Virus record (IMG/VR): IMGVR_UViG_3300042549_006728
DNA length: 64,000 bases
Reading direction: 5' to 3' (one strand)
From: a virus
Taxonomy: Duplodnaviria; Heunggongvirae; Uroviricota; Caudoviricetes
Shown here: positions 30,510 to 39,964 of the stretch, in pieces
Position numbering within the stretch: the stretch's first letter is position 1
How the letters are laid out: the number at the start of each line of letters is the position of its first letter
Position numbers and translations under genes: made by a program
The notes under the pieces: generated by a model
What the model was told of the DNA's origin: nothing
Seen by the model: only the letters and a program-made list of their open reading frames with translations
Database searches by the model: none

Positions 30510-30590
30510 TAATTTTCCTTATCATATCTTGTTATTTATAATTTAATAAAGTATACGGAAAAATATGGGTGATGTCAAATTACAATAAAA

Positions 30591-30610
30591 AAACCCTCAT
30601 AAGAGGGTTT
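30591..30610 (-). terminator. rho-independent terminator
   Basis: aaaccctc-ataa-gagggttt plus T-tract on the minus strand; near-identical to 2428-2449. Confidence 0.75.
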
Positions 30611-30615
30611 AATAT

Positions 30616-31386
30616 TTATTCGTTATCGATTGTTTCTTTTAGGTTATATAATTTGATTACATCATTATGGTAATCATCTTTTTTATATTCAGTAGTTAAT
30701 AACTTATCTTTTACTTTCAATAATTTATCTTTTAAATCTAAATCTATATTCTCATTTAATTTTTTATCTATTGAATCAATACATTCTCTCTTTAAATTAT
30801 TTACGGTATTTACTTTATCTTCATTTTTACCGTTTAAAATACTTTTAATAATTTTTTTCTCCGATTCAGTAATTTCACTATATTTTTCATTAAATTTATT
30901 AACCATTATTTTAGTTAAAATACTTGGGGATATATCTATAGTATCTGTGTGTTCCGTAACTTCTGATTTAGTTACCATACGATCAACTAATCTATTAAGA
31001 GACTCATTAAAAATTTCTATGTTGGAAGGATTCTTTTTTATCGTACTTAAATATGATATATCAGAATAAAAACTATTATTTTCTTTGGTCATTTTTTTCC
31101 CTTTTAAAAGATTAGATAATATTACATTACCCTCAGTAAGTTCTTTCTTATTAATACCTTTAAGTAAATTAATATTTTCTTTTATATAATCTTTTGCCAC
31201 ATCCCTATCATCAAATTTTCTACTCTCTAAATTTTTAAAAATTAGAAATTGATCTTTAAGAGATTTATTTTCTTTTAGTGTTTTAATAAAAGTAGAAAAT
31301 AATTTTTTACCTTTTTCATCTTTTTTTATTATTGATTCTAAGATAATCTTTTTAAATGTATCTTTTATATTACCAAAATTTTCCAT
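30616..31386 (-). CDS. hypothetical protein (head module, possible core protein)
   Basis: 256-aa helical ORF after the portal; late motif at 31400-31409. Confidence 0.7.
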   Translation of the reverse strand: MENFGNIKDTFKKIILESIIKKDEKGKKLFSTFIKTLKENKSLKDQFLIFKNLESRKFDDRDVAKDYIKENINLLKGINKKELTEGNVILSNLLKGKKMTKENNSFYSDISYLSTIKKNPSNIEIFNESLNRLVDRMVTKSEVTEHTDTIDISPSILTKIMVNKFNEKYSEITESEKKIIKSILNGKNEDKVNTVNNLKRECIDSIDKKLNENIDLDLKDKLLKVKDKLLTTEYKKDDYHNDVIKLYNLKETIDNE

Positions 31387-31425
31387 AAGTATTTTTATTA
31401 ATAAATATTGATTAAATATAAAAAA

Positions 31426-33324
31426 TTAGTCAATCATACTATCTATTTGTTTTGTTATTTCACTTATCTTAGAATTAAGTATGTCTGCACCATCCTCAAA
31501 CTTATCTAAATTATAAATATTTTCATTTTTATCTAAGCTTTCAGTCAATTTTCTAAGGTACATCCCTTGATATTTTTTTATTTTTTCTTTATATTTTTTT
31601 TCGTTTATTTCTAATAATAAATTTTCTTTTTTCTTTATAGACTCTTCTGTAGGTGCTGCCGCTCCAGCATCCGCTTCAGGTGCTGCTCCAGCATCCATTT
31701 CAGGTGCCGCCCCACCAGCATCACCACCAGCAGCATCCGCATCTCCACCTGCTTCTCCACCACCTGCACCCGCAACTAATGCATCAAAATCACCATATAA
31801 TCTATCTACTCTATCGAATATACCTGTTTTCTTTATAACTTCTGCAGTTTGTTCCATTTCAGCAGCCGCAGCTTTTTCTAATCTCTGTTGTTCTAAGTCA
31901 TTTCTTATTTCTTCCTCAGACATACCTAATATATCTTTTTTAGCTCTAGTCATAGACATTGCACCAAACCCATTACCCGCATCTGATACGGCATCTTTAT
32001 ATAGTGTCACTCTTAATTGAGTCTGTTCCACTTTAAGCATTTCTGCTTGTGTTGAAGGGTTATTCAACGTCAAAGTAAAGTTTTCTAACTCATCCTCCAA
32101 CCCTAAAATATATAAATGTATGATAGCAATTTTATTTAACTCCTGTAACATTGATTGTTGTATCCTATTTATTGTTCTAGCAAATCTAATATCTTGTAGG
32201 GCTAAGTTCTTTCCATCTCCATTAACCTCCTCAAAACCTAAAAATGGTTTAGGTACCCTCAATGCAGTAAATAATTTTTTCTGTAAGTATTGAATATCCG
32301 CTATTTCAGATAAATTAGTTGCCCCTGCTAATGTCTCAATAGGACTAGGTGCGTTTACATCTCTAACAGGTATAAAATAATCCTGATCCTGTGCCATCTG
32401 ATTGTATCTCGTATCTATTTGTCCTGTCTTTTGATCAATTACTGCACTCCTCTTAAAATTATTTGCGATTTTATTAACGTAAGCTGGTACATCCTGCTCA
32501 TCGATGTTACCCACATATATTTTAAATATTCTTCTCTCTGGTGCTCTAGTTACTCTATAAATTAACATAGCGTCTTCAGATAATAATAATTGCTTCCAAA
32601 TACGTCTTGCCTTTTCTAACATAGAAGTACCATAAGGTAATCTTCTATCATCACCTAATAACCTAAAATGTGCAACTTGCCACGCATTAAATTCAATATC
32701 TCTCTGACCCCAAACAAATTTAACAGGATTAAATTTATCCGTATCCATATTCATAGAGTTTTCACCAAAACCTTCATTTTCTTTTCTTGCGATTTCAATA
32801 TTTGGTAATTGTTTGACACCCATAATACCTTCTTCACTATCTATATTAAGAAATAGAAAATTATCCCCATATTTACAAGTATTTCTAGTCCACATAGGTA
32901 AAGAAGTATGAATATCTAACCTATTGAAAAATAAATCTTCTAATATTCTTCTTACTCTTTTACTTTCAGAAAAAATAGTTACCATTTTATTTTCTGAATT
33001 TAATGTAGTTGATTCTTCCATCATAATATCTAAAGCTGCAGAAATCTCTGGAAAAAATTCCATACCCTCAAAATCCGCATAGGATGCCAATCTTGTAGTT
33101 TCATAATAGACTGAGTGTTGATAAATCTCATTATCAACCTTCTGCCACATATTAGAAAGGTAAGAATCTTGTTGTTTTTTTAACTTCTCAAAGTCGTATT
33201 CCTCCTTTGATTTTGTCCTCAATAATTCTTTATCGTTTATAGAATATCTTGATTTATTTTGTTCTCTTTTTACTTCTGGACCAAATAAATTACTTAATTG
33301 CTGAAATATTGTTTTTTTTGCCAT
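31426..33324 (-). CDS. gp20: portal protein (T4 gp20-like)
   Basis: EDAMLIYRVTRAPERRIFKIYVGN, DYFIPVR, IETLAG, LFTALRVP, DIRFARTINRIQ. Confidence 0.93.
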   Translation of the reverse strand: MAKKTIFQQLSNLFGPEVKREQNKSRYSINDKELLRTKSKEEYDFEKLKKQQDSYLSNMWQKVDNEIYQHSVYYETTRLASYADFEGMEFFPEISAALDIMMEESTTLNSENKMVTIFSESKRVRRILEDLFFNRLDIHTSLPMWTRNTCKYGDNFLFLNIDSEEGIMGVKQLPNIEIARKENEGFGENSMNMDTDKFNPVKFVWGQRDIEFNAWQVAHFRLLGDDRRLPYGTSMLEKARRIWKQLLLSEDAMLIYRVTRAPERRIFKIYVGNIDEQDVPAYVNKIANNFKRSAVIDQKTGQIDTRYNQMAQDQDYFIPVRDVNAPSPIETLAGATNLSEIADIQYLQKKLFTALRVPKPFLGFEEVNGDGKNLALQDIRFARTINRIQQSMLQELNKIAIIHLYILGLEDELENFTLTLNNPSTQAEMLKVEQTQLRVTLYKDAVSDAGNGFGAMSMTRAKKDILGMSEEEIRNDLEQQRLEKAAAAEMEQTAEVIKKTGIFDRVDRLYGDFDALVAGAGGGEAGGDADAAGGDAGGAAPEMDAGAAPEADAGAAAPTEESIKKKENLLLEINEKKYKEKIKKYQGMYLRKLTESLDKNENIYNLDKFEDGADILNSKISEITKQIDSMID

Positions 33325-33378
33325 TATACTGTTATCTTTATTACTATTATAATAAATATCTTAAAAAATTAAATGTTA

Positions 33379-35166
33379 TCACAACCCAAATATCCAATTA
33401 AATTCACCACTGTCATTAGATTCATTATTTTGTTTTGGGTGATATGTAGGTGTATTGGTATAAAATGGGTTAACATAACCGTCATTCATCAAAGTATTAG
33501 TGGGTTTATTAGATACTGCAACCCAACTCTCTAACATCGCCTTAGTTTGTTTTTCAACTTGTTCTAATTTTTTAAATGAAGTCTGAACTACAAAAATACA
33601 CATAGCGAATGCCATAATAATATCATCGTGATAACTATCCATATGATCTGGTCTACCATTTCTATAAACAAATGTCCTTAGTTCGGAAATCATTCTTTGT
33701 GATCGTATAATGGTTTTATTTTCCCTTACGTGTTCTTCCAATTCTGATACCATCTGTAACCTACTATTACCGACATTAAATCCTGGTATTTTTTCACCTT
33801 CTTTAAACTTTATCTTAGAATATTTTTCAGTTAATTTTCTACTTTTTGGATCATCATAATGTAAAAATTTATAATCCATTTCTATTAGTTTTAAAACTGT
33901 TGCAACCCCCATACCACCAGTTATATCTATAATAGTATAAGCGTTATACATATTACCATATTTATAAACTATTTCTGCCAATAAATCAGGTGGTAGTTTA
34001 TATTGGAATTCAGCAACTTGTTCTAAATTGTTGAAGTCTAGTATTACTATTGTAGAACTATCTTTACCATCTCCCCTACTAACGTCCACACCCATAATAT
34101 ATTTATGTCCGACTTCAGGTTTTTTCCATATCCACATAACCTTTTCTAGTTCTGCGACAAACTCTGGATCTCTAACATTATTTTCCTCATGAAAAGTAAT
34201 AAATTCATCTTCTACGACATTACCCCCTGATCCAATAAATGAAACGTCAAGTTCTTGTGCAATTTTTTTGGCATCCCCCATATCTGCCGACATCTCATCA
34301 TACCAAGGGGATAAAGGTTTCCACCCATCTTTTACCATAACTTCATAGTATTCTATGGTTGACTCATCTGTTTCATAAATATTTTCTAAATATTCCCATC
34401 TTAACCTAGTCCTATCTAATGTATTACATTCTATTCTTTCGTCTTCACCCCTTCTCCAATATAGTCCTCTATTGTATCTTACGTCTTGATACCATTTCAT
34501 CTCAACAATATTAAAATTATTGTCTTTTTTCTTTGCCCCATCATAAGTTTTATAATATAATGGATCCATACCGTTTGGTGTGGAAATTAATGATATTTTA
34601 CCACCTGTACCTAATGAAGCCAAAGCGGCACCAAAAACCTCTGAACCATTATCAATAAATGCTGCCTCATCCATAACTAAAAAGGTTGGTGTAAAACCCC
34701 TTAACGCATCCTTAGATGTCGCAACTGCCCTGATTTCACAACCATTAGACTTTAGTTTTAAATGTCCTTTTGAATTAATCTCTAAATAATCTTGTCCTTC
34801 TTCTAACCCCCAAACCCAATAAGGTATCTGATCTAAAAATTCTTTAATTTTTTTAAGAAATTCTTGTGCTAATGTTTGTTTATTGGCCAATATTAAGACT
34901 TTGTGGGGATTATCGGGATCACCAAATGCAGATTTAACTGCAATATATGCTGCAGTAGTAGTTGATACTCCTGCCTGTCGAGGTTTGGTTACTAAATTAC
35001 GGTTATACTTTTCATATGATTTAATTATTTCTTTTTGTTTATAAAATAATTTAAATGGTACATTACCACTTTGGGTTAAATCAAACGTCTTTAAAAAAGT
35101 TTCTATTGCGTAAATTGGATCACCTAAACTACGAGCATATACTTTTAATTGTTCTGCTCTTTCCAT
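33379..35166 (-). CDS. gp17: terminase large subunit (T4 gp17-like)
   Basis: KPRQAGVSTT, LVMDEAAFI, ISTPNG, GVDVSRGDGKDSS, HDDIIMA. Confidence 0.93.
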   Translation of the reverse strand: MERAEQLKVYARSLGDPIYAIETFLKTFDLTQSGNVPFKLFYKQKEIIKSYEKYNRNLVTKPRQAGVSTTTAAYIAVKSAFGDPDNPHKVLILANKQTLAQEFLKKIKEFLDQIPYWVWGLEEGQDYLEINSKGHLKLKSNGCEIRAVATSKDALRGFTPTFLVMDEAAFIDNGSEVFGAALASLGTGGKISLISTPNGMDPLYYKTYDGAKKKDNNFNIVEMKWYQDVRYNRGLYWRRGEDERIECNTLDRTRLRWEYLENIYETDESTIEYYEVMVKDGWKPLSPWYDEMSADMGDAKKIAQELDVSFIGSGGNVVEDEFITFHEENNVRDPEFVAELEKVMWIWKKPEVGHKYIMGVDVSRGDGKDSSTIVILDFNNLEQVAEFQYKLPPDLLAEIVYKYGNMYNAYTIIDITGGMGVATVLKLIEMDYKFLHYDDPKSRKLTEKYSKIKFKEGEKIPGFNVGNSRLQMVSELEEHVRENKTIIRSQRMISELRTFVYRNGRPDHMDSYHDDIIMAFAMCIFVVQTSFKKLEQVEKQTKAMLESWVAVSNKPTNTLMNDGYVNPFYTNTPTYHPKQNNESNDSGEFNWIFGL

Positions 35167-35196
35167 AACATTTTATTATATAAATATGGTTATCCC

Positions 35197-36048
35197 TTAA
35201 AAAGTAACTAAATTACCTTTTTCCCATTCTTCATAATTCGGTCCAATACTATAGGTGGTGATTTTACCTGAACCTATTTTTTCTATAATACCTGACTTAT
35301 TTAATGCACTCCAAAATGTAGCATGTTGTCCACCACCTAAAGGTGAACCAATATATCTTAAAAAACCTGTTTTTGTTTTTATTTTTTCTGATGGATCTTT
35401 TAAGTAATTAATTACATCTCTAACCATAGAATTTTCTCTCCTATTAAAAGTGAATCCTTTCTCTTTTGGTATCAACAATAAATTATTCTCTTCCGCATAT
35501 TTTTTAATGACATTAAATAACCTTTCTTTATATCTTTTACCTAATTTATCAGTTATGATTGATAATTGTCTTATCGCCTCTTTTGGTGGGTACTCATTAA
35601 ACATTAATTTTGCTACATCATTAACTGAAACGTCAATAAATTCATCTAGTAAATTATTTTCATACCAGTAGGGTAGTTTCAATTTTAAATTTAATAATTT
35701 ATAAAAATTATTTATAACATCCTTCCTATTTTTAAATAATGAAATAGAGTGTCTGTCAACAACATAGTCAAAAATAGTTATTATATTATTTTTATCCTTA
35801 TAATATGAATTAATAAAATACCCAGATAATATTTTTCCTAAAAAAATATCATATAATTCATCATCAACCTCTATCGCAGATAGTGAATCATTATGATTAT
35901 AATCAAATGCACTAAAGTAATATTCAAAAAAATGATCTGGCTTAACAAACCTTCCCCTTTTTACTAATTGTTTGAATCCATCAATTCCATCTTCATTATT
36001 CTCAGATAATAGTTTTCTATATTGATTTTCGGTTATAATTATTTTCAT
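35197..36048 (-). CDS. leader-bearing hypothetical protein
   Basis: MKIIITENQYRKLLSE leader; possible winged-helix-like C-terminus. Confidence 0.75.
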   Translation of the reverse strand: MKIIITENQYRKLLSENNEDGIDGFKQLVKRGRFVKPDHFFEYYFSAFDYNHNDSLSAIEVDDELYDIFLGKILSGYFINSYYKDKNNIITIFDYVVDRHSISLFKNRKDVINNFYKLLNLKLKLPYWYENNLLDEFIDVSVNDVAKLMFNEYPPKEAIRQLSIITDKLGKRYKERLFNVIKKYAEENNLLLIPKEKGFTFNRRENSMVRDVINYLKDPSEKIKTKTGFLRYIGSPLGGGQHATFWSALNKSGIIEKIGSGKITTYSIGPNYEEWEKGNLVTF

Positions 36049-36051
36049 ACA

Positions 36052-37089
36052 TCAAATATTATCTCTAACATTTTCATTAAAATCTGAAGCAACTAATCTA
36101 CTATCAGGATAAAAATAATCCATGTCTGGACTCTTTAATTCATCACCTTCACAAGTTAAAGTTTCACAAACAACAGTTAAGAAATAATTATGCTCATTAC
36201 CAGGCATTTTACCTTCACATTTTAAAAATCTAACTAACATATCATAAAATACTGTAGTCACATCTAAATAAAGTTTATTATCTTCCCAGTAAGGTTTATT
36301 TCCAAAAAAACCTTCTATTTCTGAACCTAATTTATTAAAAATTTCTGATTCACCAGCACTTTCATATGCCCATCTGTATACGTTTTCTAACTCAATTCTT
36401 AACTCAAAAAACAAATCATCCTCTCCGATTAATTCCAATAATGTATCTATATCATTAACCATTTCCTCAGTTAATACTGCATCATCACCCTCAAATGATA
36501 TGTTATATTGATTATCGGAGATAGGTTCTCCAATAAGACCCTTTTCTTTTACGTATTCTTGTAAACGGTTTTTTGATTTATCGTCTAAATTATCTATGAT
36601 GTCATTTTCAAAATCCACATCAAACCAACCATACAAATCTGAGTGATCTTGTTGTAATACTCTTTGCGCAACGCCACTTACATCAAATAAACAACTAAAC
36701 TCCTCCCAATCGTCTAATTTCAATAAAAACCTTTCACCATCACCAACTTCAGTTATGTCCCTAAAATCTCTAGGAAATGATGTTTTATCCTTCAGATATT
36801 TATCTAACCAACCACTATTTGACAAAATACTCACTGAATCGTCACCATAAAATTGATAACTAACATCATCAAAGTCCGTCATCTTTAATGGATCCACCCC
36901 GATATGTATAAAATATTCAAATAATATAGTATAAGATTCTAATTTAGTTAAATTTAAATTTTCTTCTAAATCTTCAATAACTTCTTCAACGTTATCATCA
37001 AAAGTCGATAGAGAATGTTCTATGTACCTAAAAAGTCTTTTGGGTTGTTCCACACTTTCTTTTAGTATTTTTCTTATAATATTTTTCAT
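36052..37089 (-). CDS. leader-bearing acidic protein
   Basis: MKNIIRKILKE leader; late motif at 37095-37104. Confidence 0.75.
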   Translation of the reverse strand: MKNIIRKILKESVEQPKRLFRYIEHSLSTFDDNVEEVIEDLEENLNLTKLESYTILFEYFIHIGVDPLKMTDFDDVSYQFYGDDSVSILSNSGWLDKYLKDKTSFPRDFRDITEVGDGERFLLKLDDWEEFSCLFDVSGVAQRVLQQDHSDLYGWFDVDFENDIIDNLDDKSKNRLQEYVKEKGLIGEPISDNQYNISFEGDDAVLTEEMVNDIDTLLELIGEDDLFFELRIELENVYRWAYESAGESEIFNKLGSEIEGFFGNKPYWEDNKLYLDVTTVFYDMLVRFLKCEGKMPGNEHNYFLTVVCETLTCEGDELKSPDMDYFYPDSRLVASDFNENVRDNI

Positions 37090-37119
37090 ATATTAATAAA
37101 TATTAACGGATAAAAAAAA

Positions 37120-37137
37120 ATCCCACATAGGTGGGAT
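37120..37137 (-). terminator. rho-independent terminator
   Basis: atcccac-atag-gtgggat followed by a T-tract on the minus strand. Confidence 0.7.
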
Positions 37138-37159
37138 CAATTTTGTTTTTATATATTTC

Positions 37160-38581
37160 TTACATATATTTATGTAATTTTTCCACAAGGTCAAAATCAC
37201 CTGAATCTAATGCGTCATTAATTAATTCTTCGATATCTCTTTTACTCATTTTAGAATAGTCAACCTCAGAAGGTTCTTCTTCAGTTTCGGGTTCTTCACC
37301 TAAATTATCTAAAATGTCACCCATATCATTATAACCTGTATCACTAAACATATCACTTAAACTATCCCCACTATCTTCTTTATGTAATTCTTTTAATGTG
37401 TCAACAACCTCTTTACATTTTTGACTTCCACTTAAAATTTCTTTCATAAATTCGTGAAATTGTTTTGCGGGTAATTTAGTTAACTCTCTGAATAACCATT
37501 GTTTTATATCATAATTTTCTGTACCAATACAGTCTAAGAATTTTTCCCACATACCTGGACCTAATCTCATTCCCCATACTTCACCTTCATCTGTATCTGC
37601 CTTTGCAATAACTTCTTTTTGTTCCTCAAAATCTAAATGATCGTCTGCCCAATTTATGGCTGCCAATTCCAACGCCCCCTTAATTAATTCATGTACTAAT
37701 AGTGGGAAAATCCAAGCCTTAGCGACTACCACTGGCATATCATCACCTTCTTCTAAATTGATGTCTTCCATGTCTTCCTCTTCATCTTTATTTTCTGGTT
37801 TCTCAGCCTTTCTCCATTCTATCTTTTCTACACCACCAACTTGACCTGTCATCATAGTATCAGGAATTACCCAATATTGGAAATCTGCTAATGACATTAA
37901 TTTACCATATAACCCCATCAATCTTGGATCAATTGCATCTAATTCGTCTGCCACCATATGAAATATATAGTGTCCTTTTTTAGCTGCTCCCTGCATCAAT
38001 GAATTAATAACCCTTCTTTTATCTACCTCTATTTCTAACTCTTCCATTCTCTCCGCACTTTTAGGTTGTTTAGGTACCTCAAATTGAGGTGAGTCATCTT
38101 CTTCTTCATCATCTTCTTCATCAGGTTCATTACTTAATGGTGATCCTGGAGGAGTTAAAGTTGCTTCTAACATTTGTTCAGGTAAATCAAATTCTTCTGA
38201 AACAATATCTACCGCCAATCTTTCTAATGCTTCTTTATGTCTAGTCTCAATCTGACTAATTTCACCCATTATCTGAAACATCATTTGCATCATATTAGGT
38301 GTTATATTTCTAACACCATGATATCTTTTAACTTTGTTAATGATTTCTTTAAATCTTTGTCCAGCCAATTTCTCAGAATAATTTTGCATATCTGAACCTA
38401 CAGGTAATGATTTACTCTTACCGAAAAGGTGTTCACCACTTCTAAGTTTACCTTCTAACCCTGGATGCATTCTTTCTGGATGTTCAGGATCATATTCTAC
38501 TGCCTCAGTTATTCTTTTAATTCTAACTTTTTCAGAAAGAACTCTTTTAGTTACTTCGTTAATTATATTTTTTCTTCTCAT
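37160..38581 (-). CDS. hypothetical protein
   Basis: 473 aa; N-term KNIINEVTKRVLSE; UVR-like C-terminal helix ELINDALDSGDF. Confidence 0.75.
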   Translation of the reverse strand: MRRKNIINEVTKRVLSEKVRIKRITEAVEYDPEHPERMHPGLEGKLRSGEHLFGKSKSLPVGSDMQNYSEKLAGQRFKEIINKVKRYHGVRNITPNMMQMMFQIMGEISQIETRHKEALERLAVDIVSEEFDLPEQMLEATLTPPGSPLSNEPDEEDDEEEDDSPQFEVPKQPKSAERMEELEIEVDKRRVINSLMQGAAKKGHYIFHMVADELDAIDPRLMGLYGKLMSLADFQYWVIPDTMMTGQVGGVEKIEWRKAEKPENKDEEEDMEDINLEEGDDMPVVVAKAWIFPLLVHELIKGALELAAINWADDHLDFEEQKEVIAKADTDEGEVWGMRLGPGMWEKFLDCIGTENYDIKQWLFRELTKLPAKQFHEFMKEILSGSQKCKEVVDTLKELHKEDSGDSLSDMFSDTGYNDMGDILDNLGEEPETEEEPSEVDYSKMSKRDIEELINDALDSGDFDLVEKLHKYM

Positions 38582-38592
38582 AATATTTATTT

Positions 38593-39267
38593 TTATCTAT
38601 TTCCGTATAATGCCGTTGTCCACATTTTAAAACATTCTTTAGCCAAAGATTCGAAAACTCTCTGAACTTTTGATAAATCAGGATCTTCTTCACCTCTGTT
38701 TTCTAATCTTGTCATTGCCCCCCTAATTAAAATATCTCTTATATTGTTTTTGTTATCTAATAAATACTTAATAGGTTCTAATTGACTTCTTAATAATTCT
38801 ATATCAGAATCATTTTCACCTTCTTCGTTATCGTACTCTAACTCTTCTATTTCAGATTCCATAGATTCAACATCTTTACCCATACCATATAACCATCTAT
38901 GTAAGTCATCCTTTGTCCAATTTAGTATTGGAGACGAACCAAACATATTAATAACACCACTTTGTCTTAACTGTTCGAAGAATCTAAATATTTCTCTTTT
39001 ATCTACTGATGGTATTTCAGTTACAATAAAAACTTCACCATTTTCTTTTAAAGAAATTTTAGTGTTAATGTATTCTACTAAGTCCTTTTTTTTCATTTTA
39101 GGTTTTACAATTTCATTCTTCTTTTTAGATTGTTTAACGTCTTTACACATTTCAGTAGCGTCCTTTTTAGATATTTCTCTTTCAGATTTAGGTCCATCCA
39201 TTTGATAACATGCCCATTTTCTTTGTTTTTCAGTATAAACTTCGTTAATAATATCTATTTTTTTCAT
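38593..39267 (-). CDS. hypothetical protein
   Basis: 224 aa; LRQSGVINMF resembles a DUF5049-like motif. Confidence 0.7.
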   Translation of the reverse strand: MKKIDIINEVYTEKQRKWACYQMDGPKSEREISKKDATEMCKDVKQSKKKNEIVKPKMKKKDLVEYINTKISLKENGEVFIVTEIPSVDKREIFRFFEQLRQSGVINMFGSSPILNWTKDDLHRWLYGMGKDVESMESEIEELEYDNEEGENDSDIELLRSQLEPIKYLLDNKNNIRDILIRGAMTRLENRGEEDPDLSKVQRVFESLAKECFKMWTTALYGNR

Positions 39268-39554
39268 TAAATATCTTTTTTAAATCTTTTACCTCTGGTT
39301 AATTTACGGAACCCACCTCTTTTACTATTTTTGGGTTCTATATCGACATCTTCTTCATTAACAGTTACAGAACGTATTTTACCAACTTTATCTTTAACAC
39401 CATAAGAACCCTTTTCTAATTTATCAAAAGAACTATTAAATTCATCTTGATCATAAACAGTCATTTGTTCTGCCTCATCAACAAATCTTTCCATTAGTTT
39501 ACGTCTTACCGCTCTTTTAATTTCTGATTCGTAAATTTTAATTTTATTTCCCAT
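39267..39554 (-). CDS. leader-bearing small protein
   Basis: MGNKIKIYESEIKRAVRRKLME. Confidence 0.7.
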   Translation of the reverse strand: MGNKIKIYESEIKRAVRRKLMERFVDEAEQMTVYDQDEFNSSFDKLEKGSYGVKDKVGKIRSVTVNEEDVDIEPKNSKRGGFRKLTRGKRFKKDI

Positions 39555-39565
39555 ATCTATTTCTT

Positions 39566-39964
39566 TTATGTATTAATTATTTCTTTATCATATCTAATAA
39601 CTAAATCTTTTTCGTAAAGTTTATCCTCAACAGAATTGAATTCTTCACCAAAAGTAAAGAATAATCTTTTTTCAGGATATTCATCATAATTTTCCATATT
39701 CTCCCAACCCAATGCGATAATGCCGTCAACTGCGTCCCACATAGCGAAAGAATCTGATTCCTGTACTAAATCTAATTTTAAAGTAGTAGTTAATGATCCA
39801 GATTTTTTAATAAATTTATTTTCTGGTGGTTCAGGATTTCCTGATGAAGGATACGAATCCCAACCATCACCATCAATATCGGTTAAAATATCAGAAAAGA
39901 GGAACTCATAAATGTAGTTCCCCTTCCAGTTTTGTCCAATTTTATTAATATATACTAAATACAT
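39566..39964 (-). CDS. hypothetical protein
   Basis: 132-aa ORF coupled to its neighbours. Confidence 0.7.
   Translation of the reverse strand: MYLVYINKIGQNWKGNYIYEFLFSDILTDIDGDGWDSYPSSGNPEPPENKFIKKSGSLTTTLKLDLVQESDSFAMWDAVDGIIALGWENMENYDEYPEKRLFFTFGEEFNSVEDKLYEKDLVIRYDKEIINT

Noticed and set aside
33379-35166. Intein or intron in terminase (also considered for thyA and MCP)
   Set aside because: Frames are continuous, insertions are short, and there are no C...HN splice motifs or homing-nuclease motifs
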